Part shown: in pieces, positions 14,810 through 32,508 of the stretch
How positions within the stretch are numbered: position 1 is the stretch's first letter
How the letters are laid out: each line of letters opens with the position of its first letter
Assembly: GCF_009914755.1 (NCBI RefSeq)
Contig: NC_060926.1
DNA: 64,000 bases
Strand: one strand, 5' to 3'
Origin: the human T2T-CHM13v2.0 reference genome, Homo sapiens
Notes under the pieces: model-generated
What the model was told of the DNA's origin: nothing
Databases searched by the model: none
What the model saw: only the letters and a program-made list of their open reading frames with translations
Program-made: the position numbers and the translations under genes

Positions 14810-15350
14810 CCTACGTTTGATTGGTGTATCTGAAAGTGACAGGGAGCATGGAACCAAGTTAGAAAATGCACTTCAGGATATTATCCAGGAGAACTTCATA
14901 GCAAGATAGGCCAACATTCAAATTCAGGAAATACAGAGAACACCACAAAGGTACTCCTTGAGAAGAGAAACCCCAAGACACATAATTGTCAGATTCACCA
15001 ATGTTGAAATGAAGGAAAAAAATGGTAGTGGCATCCAGAAAGAAAGGTCAAGTTACCCACAAAGGGAAGCCCATCAGACTAACAGCAGATCTTTCTACAA
15101 AACTCTACAAGCCAGAAGAGAGTGGGGGCCAATAATCAACAATCTTAAAGAAAAGAATTTTCAACCCAGAATTTCATATCCAGCCAAACTGAGCTTCATA
15201 AGTGAAAGAGAAATAAAATCCTTTATAGACAAGCAAATGCTGAGGGATTTTGTCACCACTAGGCTTACCTTACAAGAGCTCCCAAAGGAAGCACTAAATA
15301 TGGAAAGGAAAAACCTGTACCAGCCACTGTGAAACATAACAAAATGTAAA
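14810..15350 (+). pseudogene. L1 ORF1p C-terminal remnant, frameshifted
   Basis: TPRHIIVRFTNVEMKEK and ARREWGPI..LKEKNFQPRISYPAKLSFISE. Confidence 0.9.
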
Positions 15351-15412
15351 GACCATAAACACTATGAAGAAACTGCATCAACTAATGTGCAAAATAACCA
15401 GCTAGCATCATA

Positions 15413-19205
<3,793 letters not shown>

Positions 19206-19432
19206 ACAATGAGAACACATTAACACAGGGAGGGGAACATCAGACACCAGGGTCTGTTGCAGGGGAGGGGGCAAGGGTAGGGATAACATTAGGAGAAATA
19301 CCTAATATAGATGGCGGGTTGATGGGTGCAGCAAACCACCATGGCATATGTATACCTATGTAACAAACCTGCACATTCTGCACTGGTATCCCAGAACTTG
19401 AAGTATAATAAATGATAAATACATAAATAAGT

Positions 19433-20163
19433 AAAAGATTTTGGGGACCTCCACCTAGATTTCAGTAGTTGTATGGAAATGCCTGGATGCCCAAGCAGAA
19501 GTTTGCAGCAGGGGTGGTGCCCTCATAGAGAACCTCTGCTAGGGCAGTAAAGAAGAGAAATGTGGAGTTAGAGACCCCACACAGAGTCCCTACTGGGGAA
19601 CCACATATTGGAGCTGTGAGAAGAGGGCCACCATCCTCCAGACCCCAGGATGGTAGATCCACCAACAGCTTTCCCCATGCACAGGGAAAAGCCACAGACA
19701 CTGATTGCCAGACCATGAAAGCAGTCAGGAGGAAGGCTGTATCCTGAAAAGCCACAGGGGTAGAGCTGCCCAACACCATGGGAGCCCACTTCTTGCATCA
19801 GCATGACCTGGATGTGAGACATGGTCAAAGGAGACCATTTTGGACCTTTAAGATTTGACTGCCCCACTGGATTTCAAACTTGCATGAGGCTTGTAGTCCC
19901 TTTGTTTAAGCCAATTTGTCCCATTTGGAATGGCTACATTTACCCAATGCCTGTACCCCCATTAAATCTGGGAAATAACTAACTTGCTTTTTATTTTATA
20001 GGCTCATAGGTGGAAAGAACTTGCCTTGTCTTGGATGAGACTTTGGACTGTGGACTTTTAAGTTAATGCTGTAATGAATTAAGACTTTGGAGAACTGCTG
20101 GGAAGGCATGATTGCTTTTAAAATATGTAAGGACATGAGATTTAGGAGGGGCCAGGGATGCAA
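19433..20163 (+). mobile_element. THE1 internal region, 3' part
   Basis: acctccacctagatttcag...; purine tract gaggggccaggg just before the 3' LTR. Confidence 0.9.
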
Positions 20164-20516
20164 TGATATGGTTTCCCATGTTCCCACCCAAATCTCATAT
20201 TGAATTCCCATATGTTATGAGAGGGATCTGGTGGGAAGTAATTGAGTCCTGGGGGCTCATGTTACCTGTGCTGTTCTTGTGATAGTGAATAAGTCTCATG
20301 AGATCTGATGGCTTTATAAGGTGGAGTTTCCCTGCACAAGTTTTCTTTTTGCCTGCCACCATCCACATAAGATGTTACTTGCTCCTCCTTGCCTTCTGCC
20401 ATAATTGTGAGGATTCCCCATCCACGTGGCACTGTAAGTCCATTAAACCTCTTTCTTTCGTAAATTGCCCAGTCTCAGTTGTGTCTTCATCAGCAGAATG
20501 AAAATGAACTACTACA
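20164..20516 (+). mobile_element. THE1C-like 3' LTR
   Basis: tgatatggttt...attaaacctctt...ctactaca; proviral 5-bp TSD cgatt (13627-31) / ctatt (20517-21). Confidence 0.9.
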
Positions 20517-21254
20517 CTATTCAGTCAGTGTACATGAGGAGGTTTGGTGCATCTAGGCCATTAAATATTACCTTTATCTGTCTGATACATTTTTATCTTA
20601 ACATGATGCTTCTCTTTCTGATTTAAAATGTCCCAATTTCAGAAGTTTTTTCATTGGCTTCACATAGTTGTTCTGATGCTTCCTCAGTTTATGTGTTCCA
20701 AACAAAACCAAAAATGATTTTATTTTTTGAAAAACCACTGTTGATTTTAGGGTAAGCATTCCTTTAAGTCACCTTAGTTTATGAGTTCTATATAAATCTC
20801 ATACGAGTCCCCTTCTGTGATTAATCCATGTTTTTTTCCTACCCCCATCAATCATTCACCCTTCCTACAGTGTTTCATACTCTATGATGCTAATCTGTCC
20901 AAAGGCACAATCCAACCTAAAAGGAGAAGGAAAGAAACAGGATAAAGAGATGTATTTACGTGATTCCTGTTCGTTTGCTTGTCCTAGCACTGGCTGTGTT
21001 TCCTCAGGTATAGTTCTGGCAGCCTTTCTTCTCAGTCTCTGGATATAATGTACTATGGCAATACTGATTACTACATTTTCACCTTTAGGCCAAGGAGCAG
21101 TAAAAGTTCCCAATTACTGGTAATCCCTGGAATCCCCAGCATCCCTTGTTGCTTCCTGGCTCACACTTTTCACACATCTAACTGATCATTGCATTCTTTT
21201 GAGTTGAGCACTCTTAAGGGCTCTCTGGATATGCCCACTCAAAATATGACAGAT

Positions 21255-21560
21255 ACAACCACTGTGGCCTCCCATAGCATTTGGAATAAAATATAAACCT
21301 TGACGTTGCTCCTGAAGACTCTAGATGCCTGCCTCTGCCTATCTTTTCCACCTTTTCCTACCACACTCGCCTCCTCATCATCTACACGCTACTTTCTGTT
21401 TCTTTAACCTGAAAAGTTTAATAGCTCCTCACTACTTTTTTCTGTACTGTGACTGCAATGGTATTCTTCTTTCAGATCATTAAATGCCTGCATCCATCTG
21501 GTCTGTAAAATCTTGATTCTCATATTATCAGCTAAAAGATTTCTTGGTCACCCTACTCTG
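21255..21560 (+). mobile_element. L2 fragment
   Basis: tggcctcccatagcatttggaataaaatataaacctt... degenerate L2 3' region. Confidence 0.5.
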
Positions 21561-22349
21561 CTGGGAAAACAAAAGAAACAAGGAAAATTAGTTGGGAGGT
21601 ATAAAGAGGAAACTTAATTGACCCACCATTCTCAAAATGGCTAGTTCCATTTACAGACTGTGCATTATCCTCCCAGTATTTATCCCTCTGGTGAATGCAG
21701 GCTGTAAAGTTCCAAAATTGTACAATAGGCAAGAAGGTTTTTCCACAAAGCCAGTGAAATCACTAATTCAAAAATAAGATTAAACAAACAGTATTTAACC
21801 TTTTATGGTTTCAAGAGTGTTATTTCAATGGTGCAGGTTTATTTGCATAATCTGCATATGTATATTCTGAACTTTATCTTCCCCTAGTATCTATCTGCAG
21901 TGTGAATGTGTCTACAAGGCTGGAACTTAATGATTCATTTAGGCAGTCCCTTAGCATACACGAGGATATCTTGTCTTTTTTTGTGTTACTTCCATCAGAA
22001 CATGTAAACATTTTCTTGATTTAATAACAATAGAAAAGGTATGAGAAAAGATAAAGTGTATAGAAAGAAAACCATCAACTTGCCATTATGATTTATATGG
22101 CACAATCTGAAACACCTTTGCAGTATGTTTGTATAAAAAAGTCTATAAAAATGAATGGCTGGGTGGAATTCATTATAGAATGGAATTTGCATTAAAGGTG
22201 AGTTTTCTGCTAAACAAAGACACGAAGACATCTTCAGAAAATGTGGAAACATTGGAGACTGACAAGTTAATTTCTGTGTCTGACAAAAAGTCCTAAGGTC
22301 TAAGCTAGATAAAGACTGATGCCCTCGAAAATCCGAGCTGTGAAATCAC

Positions 22350-22520
22350 CTTTGAAATCCTGGCTTCACTATTTATGAGTTATGTCACTGTAGGCAAGGA
22401 CCTTAGCCTGTGAGTCTCAGCTTTCTCATTCTGTGAAAGGAAATAGTATTACCTCGCTGATTGAATCATGAAGCAGAGAGTTGAAGCACTCAGTTCAGTT
22501 CCTGGTAGAGCCTTGAAGCT
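22350..22520 (+). mobile_element. MIR
   Basis: gaaatcctggcttcactatttatgagttatgtcactgtaggcaag...tctcagctttctcattctgtgaaagg. Confidence 0.7.
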
Positions 22521-22663
22521 CTGTCAGTGTCCATCAGTGTCATCCAGAACTGCTACTCAACCAACTACATACCAGCCACGATGTCCTCGTCCTTTGGAAA
22601 AGTCTGCCAAGCTGAAGAACAATGTTCTGAAGTCCGTCTTGAAGTAATACACTAATCAATTGT

Positions 22664-22916
22664 GCCTTAGTCTGTTTTGTGTTGCTATAACAGAATACCA
22701 CAGACTAATTTATAATGAACAGACATTTATTTGGCTGATAGTCTGGAGGCTGGGAAGTCCATGGCTGAGGCACCCCATCTGGTGAGGGGTTTCTTGCTGC
22801 ATCATCCCAAGGGCTGAAGGCATCATGTAGGTGAGAGAGAGCAAGGGAGGGGGACAAACTCATCTTCATAAGGACCCCACTCTCACAATAGCAAACCCAC
22901 TCCCACAATAACAGCA
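22664..22916 (-). mobile_element. Partial MST/MLT1A-type MaLR LTR
   Basis: cttagtctgttttgtgttgctataacagaatacc...tggaggctgggaagtcc...catctggtgaggg. Confidence 0.8.
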
Positions 22917-23225
22917 AGTTGTATTATGCCAAAAGGCTGAATTGATGATACTCAAATTTTTTAATCAATCTATAGACTTATTTACACAGATTCCTGCATA
23001 AAGGCAGCATTTTCATGCTGTACTCTCTTAGTCTGCTTAAACCCTTTCTTACTGGCAGAGACAAAACGGTGTCGGAGCCCACATTAACGAAATCTGTGTA
23101 TGCATAAGCTGAAAAAAAAAACTCATCTACCCTCACTTTTGTTTCAGCAGGGGCTCAAGGGTGTTTGAAAAGAGAGTAAGTTTTCTAGAGTAGAAAGAGG
23201 AAACAGTGTTGGGCACACATGCTAT

Positions 23226-23881
23226 TGAGAGGTGAAGCCGGCTGGGCTTCTGGGTCAGGTGGGGACTTGGAGAACTTTTCTGTCTAGCTAAAGGATTGTA
23301 AACACACCAATCAGCACTATGTAAAAATGGACCAATCAGCACTCTGTAACAATGGACCAATCAGCAATCTGTAAAATGGACCAATCAGCGCTCTGTAAAA
23401 TGGACCAATCAGTAGGACGTGGGTGGGGCCATATAGGGGAATAAAAGCTGGCTACCCCTAGGCAGCAGTGGTAACCCACTGGGGTCGCTTTCCAGGCTGT
23501 GGTATGTTTGTTTTGTAGCTCTTCACAATAAATCTTGCTGCTGCTCACTCTTTGCGTCCACGCAATGTTTATGATCTGTAACACTCACCACGAGGGTTTG
23601 CAGCTTGTTTCTTGAAGTCAGCCAGACCACAAACCCACCAGGAGGAACAAACAACTCTGGAAGGGCCACCTTTATGAGCTGTAACACTCACTGCAAAGGT
23701 CTGTGGCTTCACTCCTGAAGTCAGCGAGACCACGAACCCACTGGGACACATCTGAACATCTGAAGGAACAAACTCTGGGCACACAATTTTTAAAAACTGT
23801 ACTCACTGCGGGGGTCAGTGGCTTCATTATTGAAGTCAGCCAAGACCATGAACCCACTGGAAAGAACCAATTCCGGACCCA
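23226..23881 (+). mobile_element. Solo ERV9 LTR (LTR12 family)
   Basis: tgagaggtgaagccggctgggcttctggg...; tandem ccaatcagc repeats; U5 ctgtaacactcac repeats; ends ttccggaccca; TSD ctat/ctaa. Confidence 0.93.
23307..23446 (+). promoter_or_regulatory. LTR12 U3 promoter: five CCAAT (NF-Y) boxes, GC/GT box and AATAAA-type TATA
   Basis: CCAAT at 23307, 23332, 23357, 23381 and 23405; gggtgggg; aataaaa at 23440. Confidence 0.7.
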
Positions 23882-24717
23882 CTAAAGGTGGCATTTTGGG
23901 AAGCAGGGAGAGTTTCTAATTGGTTTTCAGGTAGGTTTGGCAGTCGTTGGTTGGCTGAAAGAGAGCAAGGAAGCAGGTGGAAACATTTCAAAATGGGGTT
24001 ACTGAATGTTAGTTATAGGAGGTTCTGCATAACTGGCCATTTACTCCCCAAGTAGGGGTTGACAGAATAACTTTTTTTTTTTGGTCAGACTCTCAATATT
24101 CCTTATGGGAGAGGGCGAGTGTGGCCTCCATGACGGGAAGTTTCTTATTGCTCAATATATGTGCCTTTGGCCAGGCCTGAGATCTTTCACTTGAACTTGC
24201 CCTTCAAAGATCTCACTCCATGTTGCCAGCCCCCATTTAGCATTTAGATGCTGTGGTTATGCGTGCTGTTCTCCTGGCCTGACACCAGGTTATAGTGCTC
24301 CCATTTTGTTAGGCAGAAGCCTAGAGAGTGACTTAATTTCTCAGAGCTGGGGAGAAAGGAATTCAGATCTGAATCTCTGTCTCTGGTTTCCAAACCCAAA
24401 AGTTCCCCTTATCCTGGGCCTTGTCTTTTTTCACAACTCAAAGAAAAATGGTATACTAGGAACTTTTGAGCCAGAAAATTATATCCTTTCATTTAAGCTA
24501 AAGGATCTGTGGTTTAGAAGTAAAAATGGGCTTGTGGAAGAGCGTATAACTAGTGATCACAGTTAACTAATAACTAATAGATCACAGAGCTATTAAGAGT
24601 GAGAATTAATATGAGATTTGCAGAACCCAGACTCACACACAGCAGCTCCTTTATGAACTGTGTGACTTTTATTTTGGTTGTGAATGAGGTAGCCATATGT
24701 CGTCACACATGTTTTGA

Positions 24718-25094
<377 letters not shown>

Positions 25095-26067
25095 ATCAGT
25101 GATTGTTATAAGAATTAAACTAATATTAATATATGTAAAGTCCTATCACGAGATCTTTGAATATGTTGGGAACTGAAGTGATCCACTGGGGCACAAGCGA
25201 AAGAGAATCACAGTAGTGCCATCCACTTGAATTCCTGGGGAAGCTGCCTTAATGCCTCTTCATGAAGATATTTTGTTAATGCCACATTTTGATCTATAAC
25301 ACACATAGATGGGTCCCAGCAATGCTGAGGTCACCCACAGCCTGATGCCTCTGTTTAACTTTGCTTTTGATGCCCTTAGCATTTGGATAAAATCTGAAAC
25401 TGTGAGATAATGCAAGTAAGTTAAATTTTAGAGGGAATCCCTTTTTGGGTTTCTTAGAAATGCAAAGCCAATGGGTTTCTAAGCAAGGAAGACTGCCCTG
25501 CCCATCCTCTGAACCACATTTACCAAAGGGCAACAACCCTATTTATTTAAATCAATATGCGCTGATTTATAGTTGTCTTTACAGATTATGTCCTTCAAGA
25601 AGGGTATCTTTGCTTTATTGCTTAATTTTACTGAGTCTCTCCAAAAGGGCTTAAGCTCCTTTAAAATATATGCAGGAGGTAAGAAAGTGCTGATTTAACT
25701 CTCAGAGCAATTCGTAGGTAATATTAAATTGTGTGGCTTCATTACTGTAGTCACCTTTCTAATTTAATTCATTCAAACATGCAAACTTCCTAGCAAATCA
25801 ACCCTAAAGATTATCATCTGTGTTACTGGAGGTCTTTGGAAACTAAACTTATTCTATTCCTTCTTAACCAACACCATACTACCCTGCCACTACCCACCCA
25901 TTTCTGATACTACCTGACACCTAGAGGCCTCCAGTTAAGGTCCTACAAAAGTGACCATTTTCTGTTAGCTATTGCTACTCTGACCCTGCAAGCTGACTTC
26001 GCCCTTTTTGTCTGCTGACTTCAATGATCAGCCAGTGGATTGGTAAGTGTTCCCATTCACAATGACT

Positions 26068-26245
26068 GTATGTGTCGTACGTGTGTGCATACGCATATAT
26101 ATGTGTACATACACACATGTAAACATGTATATCTGTAATAATTTAGATATTACATGCATATTGTGTGTTTATATAAATTATATGCATTAATTTCATGTTA
26201 TATACACATATAGCATGTACACATTATCTATTAATACATATTCTT
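26068..26245. repeat. Degenerate (TA/CA/TG) low-complexity tract
   Basis: Alternating purine-pyrimidine sequence. Confidence 0.7.
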
Positions 26246-26404
26246 ATTATCTAGTAATGTCACCAAAGACTACCTGATGTTAGAAAAGTTTACATAGTTT
26301 GAGGAAGAACAGCCTCCCACCCAAAATTATTTGATTCCTCATTTCCATGTTAGCAATTTCACAAATGCAGTTTTTGTCTGTAGAAACCTAGGCCTTGCTT
26401 TTTG

Positions 26405-26612
26405 AAGCAGCATGCTATGGGAAAGTACACAAAATTATCTGAGTACAAGATTTAGTCCACACAACACAGTAATTGGCTGTGTTGCCTTGGGCATGGTACT
26501 TAATGCTGCAGGCCCTCAACTTCCCTGGTAGAAACAGGGGGCTAAAAGTCATATTTTAGAAGGTTATTGTGAAAATGAGATGCCTCTTAAGTCTACAGCA
26601 TAGTGTCTAGCC
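26405..26612 (+). mobile_element. MIR
   Basis: aattggctgtgttgccttgggcatggtacttaat...cctcaacttcc...aggttattgtgaaaat. Confidence 0.65.
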
Positions 26613-27675
26613 TGCAGCTATGGTCCAGAAAATAGCTTTGCTTTATTGCCATGGTAACAGGGGGCCTCTTGGGCTGCAAAGAGTGGGGAGGGGTCACTGC
26701 AGGCTCTGTCCCTGGCAGAAGCTCAGAGAGGCCTTTGAGATTCTCCCTTTAGCAGGTCCTGTGCCCCTCACCCACAGCCAGACAGGAAGCAGGGGAAAAT
26801 AGATGGGAAGGTGCTTTGGAAGTCAATGTGCTCTATAAATCCAAGGTATTATTCTTAAACAGATGGCTAAGCTTTTTATGGCCCACTCAATCTCCTAAAT
26901 CCTTAGTCCTGCCCAATTTCTTAGTACTGGATACTTAGTGATACACTGAGGAATTCTTCTCCTCCTGGTTCTTCCTCTGCCCTGCCTGGCTATCCCTGTT
27001 TCTGCATTTTTTCATCATTTGGAAAATACCCTTCCCTTGAATCTCAAGCAGGGCTCACTTCTGCTACAGGAATTTCTAGGTAATAAGAAGTTGAGGAGGC
27101 AAAAGGAACAGGGAAGCAAAAAAGCAGCTTCTCCACGAATCCTCTATCAGCTTGCATTTCATTAAGATGGGAGACTTGGACTTCTAAGCTTCTCTCCTGT
27201 CCCCACCTTTGCCTAAACAGCCCCATCGAGTTGCTGGCTCTCTGATCCTCATCTAGTAGCCATCAATAGCCACTTTTCCACAGGTAGCTTGGGCATGGCC
27301 CCTCTCAGCAGACTGGAAACCACGTTCTCCTGGCACTTTCTAGCTAAATTATATTTCTGCCCTTTATCATCTCCTTACTGTTTATTTGCCTTTCCCTCAA
27401 GCTGCTTTGAGAACATAGACCAGGGCCTTGATTTCTGTCATCTCAGTACCAGGTGTACGGTGGAGCTTGATGGGAACCTGCTGAATTGACTTGGTCAGTT
27501 TCTACCGGGAGAAACAGGACAGGGTCCAGCCTGCACCAGGGAAGAAGCTCTGTCAGTTCTGTTGATTCTGGTAATTCGAGTATCCAGAAACTGCATGGAA
27601 GAGAGTGGGATCTTAAAATCTTTTGAATAAATAAATGAAACAATAAAACCAGAATTTCATCAGAGGCATCTTTAA

Positions 27676-30315
27676 AAAAATTATCCTTATTGAGATACAG
27701 TTACATGTCATACAAGTTATCCCATTTAAAGTAAAAGCCAGTGTTTGCTAGTATATATACAGATACGTGCAACTATCTCCACAGAGTTCAGAATATTTTC
27801 ATTGCCTCAAAAAGCAACTCTGTATCCTTTCGCTGTTGCTGTCTTTCTCCATATATTCTTCCAGTCCCAAGCACCACTCATCTGCTTTCTTCTCTGTAGA
27901 TTTACTTGCTCTAAACATTTTATATGAATGGAATCATGTAATATGTAGCCTTTTGTGACCAGCTTCTTTGACTTAGCAAAATGTTATCAATATGTATTCA
28001 GACCGTAGCATGGATAACTTCTCAATTCTTATTGTGAGGGAATAATCGCCATTGCATGGACAAAGCACATTTTGCTTCATTCATTCATCAGCTGATGGAT
28101 ATTTGGGCTACTCTGAACATCCATTTTAAATATTTGTATAAACTTATGGTTTCATTTATCTTGGCAGTATACTCAGGAGTGGAATTGCTGTGTTATATTG
28201 TAACTCTAGATTTAATTGAACTGCTAGGCTGCTTTCCAATGCAGCTGCAGCACTTAACATTCCACCAACACTGTATGAGGGTTAGAATTTCCCCACCTCT
28301 CCACCAACACTTGCTATTATAGACTTTTAATTCTAGCTATGCCAGTGGGTATAAAATGGCATCTCACTGTGGTTTTGCTTTGCGTTTTTAATGATAACTA
28401 ATCATGGAAAGCATCTTTTCTTGCGCTTATTGAACATTCATATGTCTTGGAAAAATATCTATTCAGATCCTTTGCTCTTTTAAATGTTTTTATTATTGGG
28501 TTCTAATAGTTATTTGTATATTCTGGATATTAATCTCTCATCAGATATATGATTTGCAAATATTGTTGCCAAAGTGCCAGGAGTTTGGTCTTGTCACTCA
28601 CAGCACAGAAAGCCAATCACTAAAACAGCAAGTATTGCCAGGGAAGAGGCTTTTTATTTGGTTGATATTAGCCACAGACCAAGGAAGATCAGTCTCAAAT
28701 CCATCTCTCCCAAATGACTAAAATTGCAGGCTTATATAGTGGGGAAGGAATGTAGCCACATGTGGGAAAACAGGAATTAGGGAGAGGTAAGGAAGCAATC
28801 AAGAAAATGAGGGATCTGGCATCTCACTGCTGGGGTGTGGTGATTTGGTGAGTTTCAATTTCTTGCTTGAGGGTCAGTTTCCTGAGGAAGGGACTCAGAT
28901 AAGACAAATGTTAGTTTCTAGTTTTAAGACTGAAAGTTCATTTCTATATTTATCCTCAAAGCAGTACACATCAGTTCTATGGGACAATTGAGCTGGCTTT
29001 AATATTTTCTCCCATTAGGTGAGCTATCTTTCCATTTATTTTTTGGCAGTGTCCTCTTAAGTATAAAGTTTTTAAATTTTGAAGTGCAATTTATTTATTT
29101 TTTCCTATGTTACTTGTGGTTTTAGTATTACATTGAATAATCTTTTGAAAAATCTAGGGCCGTAAATATATACTTCTATGTTTTTAACTAAAAGTTTTAG
29201 TTTTTACATTTAGGTTTTGGATACTTTTTTTTTTAATACAGTGTGAGATAAGAGTACACCTTTATTCCTCTGGATGTGGCTATCTTTTCAAGAAAGTTGA
29301 TTCTTTCCCCATTGTATAGTCTTGGCACCCTGGTCAAAAATCATTTAATCATAGATGCATAATTTTATTTATGGATTCTCAATTATATTCCATTTATCTA
29401 CATTTTACTCTTGTACCAGTATCACAGGTTTTGAATCCAAGAAATGTGAGTCTATCTACATTGTTCTTTTTCTAATTATTCTGACGATTTTGTGTCCTTG
29501 CAATTCCATATGAATTTTAAAATCAGTTTGTCAATTTCTACAAAGTAGCTCACTGGGTTTCTGATGGGGATCAAGTTAAGTCTGTAGATCAGTTCAAGGG
29601 GCATTACTATCTCAATAGTGTTAAATCTTTCAAGCCATGAACTTAGGATAGTTTTTCATTTATTTAGATCTGTATAATTTCCTTCAAAAAAAGTAATTTT
29701 TGGATTATAAATGGTGTATTTCTTTTGTTGAACTTATTAGTATTTTGTTTTTATTCTATTGAAAGTGGAATTCTTTTCTTAATTTCATTTTCAATGTTGA
29801 TTGCAAGTGTACAGAAACAAAATTGATTTGTTTATATCTGTCTTGCATCCTGCAACACTGCTGAACTTATAAGTTCAAATACTCTTTTAGTTGGTTCCTT
29901 AGGATTTTTTATATACAAGATCATGTCATTTGCCAATAAATATAGTTTTACTTCATCCTTTCCAATCCATATGACTTTTTAAAGTTACCTAATTGCCTTA
30001 ACAAGAACATCCAGTATCATGTTAAGCAGAAGTACAGACATCCTTATATTGTTTATGATCTTAGGGTATATGCTTCCAGTCTTTCACCATTAAGCTATTG
30101 TTAGCTGTGGGTTGTTCACACATGCCTTGTATCAGGTTAAATTCCCTTCTATTCAGTTTTCTGAGTGTTTTTTTTTTTTAATCATTAAAGTGTGTTGGAT
30201 TTTGTCAAATACTTTCTTTGCATCTATTGAAATGATTGTGTAATTTGTTTTGTTTTTTATTCTATTGATATATATTCCATCAATTGATTTTCAGGTGTTG
30301 AACCAAGCTTGCACA
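27676..30315 (-). mobile_element. L1MB-type LINE 3' part, interrupted by a LOR1 LTR
   Basis: Antisense L1MB 3'UTR (ttattgagatacagttac...cccatttaaagt) then antisense ORF2; gatttgcaaatat|tttctccc rejoins across the LTR. Confidence 0.85.
28564..29001 (-). mobile_element. Solo LOR1-type ERV1 LTR
   Basis: gcacagaaagccaatcact...actcagataagacaaatg...catcagttctatgggacaattg; perfect 4-bp TSD atat (28560-63 / 29002-05). Confidence 0.85.
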
Positions 30316-30341
30316 ATTTTGTCAGCAGCATCTTATGTTTT

Positions 30342-30388
30342 ATTACTTTTAACTGACACATAATAACTGTACCTATTTATGGAATACA
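30342..30388 (-). mobile_element. 47-bp L1MA 3' tip with TSD
   Basis: ttttaactgacacataataactgtacctatttatggaataca flanked by agcatctt(a/g)tgtttt. Confidence 0.7.
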
Positions 30389-30555
30389 AGCATCTTGTGT
30401 TTTGACAGGAGCCAATCATAGTTTAAGCTTGACATTGTATGTTTAAGTGTTCAGCAACAATCCCTCTTTCTGAAGCTAACTGTCCTCATTGTACACTTCT
30501 ACCTGTGAATGTCCCCTTCACATAGTTTATACATGATATTGAAACACTACTTTTG

Positions 30556-30671
30556 GGCTCATGCCTGTAATCCTAGCACTTTGGGAGGTTGAGATGGGAG
30601 GATCGCTTGAGGCCAGGAGTTTGAAACCAGCTTGGTTAATATAGTGAGACCCCCATCTCTACTAAATAAAA
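30556..30671 (+). mobile_element. FLAM_C / Alu left monomer
   Basis: ggctcatgcctgtaatcctagcactttgggagg...gggaggatcgcttgaggccaggag...ccccatctctactaaataaaa. Confidence 0.88.
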
Positions 30672-31059
30672 CAGTAATTTACAAATTACTTTGTAATAAT
30701 TTAAATCAATAATTTAAACATATGTAAATTATAAAAAAAACCCACAACTCTGCTTTTGGGGGAAACTCCTGCTCCTGCCTATGCTGCTCCCTCGTGCCCT
30801 GCCGCACTTCTCTGCTAAATCTCTAAGCATATGTCTGTCCGCTAGCTCCTCTTTTTACCCTCATCTCTTTCTCCTTTACCAACTTAGATGATGACATTTT
30901 TATATTTTGTGCAGGACTGCCCTTATTTACCTGAGCCTGTTCTTCTTTCACTTCATATTTCTCACCTTTTATGTTTTATTTTATCCCTGCGCTCCTTTCT
31001 TCATTCTATATGCATTATATTCAAAAAAATATTTGAGGTTAAGCTTAGGAAATCTCACC

Positions 31060-31210
31060 ACTTAGCAATATTCACTGAGCACTTACTATGTGGTAGGTAC
31101 TAAGCTGGAAATCAGAGAAACAGAGTGACAAGATCAGAGGCCCTGTCCTCTGGGAGCTCACCAAGAGGCAAAGAAATGACTATTGATGATGTACCTGTGC
31201 AATGCAATGA
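31060..31210 (-). mobile_element. L2 3' end
   Basis: cactgagcacttactatgtggtaggtactaagctgg...ccctgtcctctgggagctca. Confidence 0.65.
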
Positions 31211-31659
31211 TGGACCCAAGATTCAGTCCTGATAAAAAGAGAGGAAACTACAGATTGTATAATCTGAAACCTGGCAGCTCTATTGCCAATAAACATTCTT
31301 TGTAAATCTAATTTCACATAATTCTTTATTTCCTTCTCACTTGTTTTATTATCTTATGTTTCTGGGTTTTGCACTAGCTGTCACTCTTTTCTGCAGCTAA
31401 TGGAAGTAGAGACAAGGTAGTGTTGAGAGCATGAAAGTGGCAAGGCGTCTTCCCTGATATCTAGTGGAACCACCAATTCTTCCCATTGCCACTGCCTTGA
31501 GGGTGGCTCTCAGGCAGCAGGCCAAGTGCTATGCTATCCAACGGAAGCACAACTAAGTCAAACCAGGATTTGTGCTTACCTGACTTTATTCACAACAGGT
31601 TAGGCTTGGTGAAATTGACAATTTTAGTATAGACCAAGTTTCTGGGTAAGAAATGAGTT

Positions 31660-31935
31660 TAGGTGAATTATGGCATAGTGGTAAGAAATTTGGGATTATT
31701 TCAAAGGTGTGACTGGCAGTAACTAAATGTTACTTTTTTCATCTACAATATGAAAATAGTAATACCTATTTGATATTGATTACTTTTTTATTTCTTCATT
31801 TTATTTGGAAGATATTTATCGATTGCTCACTAAAGAGCCTGGACATGTTCCAGGCTTTTGGGATACAGCAGCAAACAAGATAAAAATCTGCTCTCCTGAA
31901 GTTTATTTTCCAGGGAGCAAAGACACACAAGGAAT
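31660..31935. mobile_element. MIR (+) followed by an L2 3' end (-)
   Basis: tggcatagtggtaaga...catctacaatatgaaaatagtaatacct; then atttatcgattgctcacta...ggatacagcagcaaacaag. Confidence 0.55.
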
Positions 31936-32136
31936 TACGTGCTCTAAAGGAAAATAAAATCAAGGAAGGGGAGAGGAGAGAGAATCAATATATGAAGTAC
32001 TTGGCACACTATGTTGCAAGTGCTCACGAACCTATCATCATGGTTCCTATGGTTGGAAATGCTCAACACCAGCATACTGATAAGTTGGAAAACAACTGGA
32101 CAACATGCTATGTTAGGTAAAAGCCAGGTGCCATCA

Positions 32137-32508
<372 letters not shown>

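Noticed and set aside
23300-23415. Regularly spaced ~24-bp repeats resembling a CRISPR-like array
   Set aside because: These are the standard CCAAT tandem repeats of ERV9 LTR U3, with no unique spacers, in a eukaryotic context
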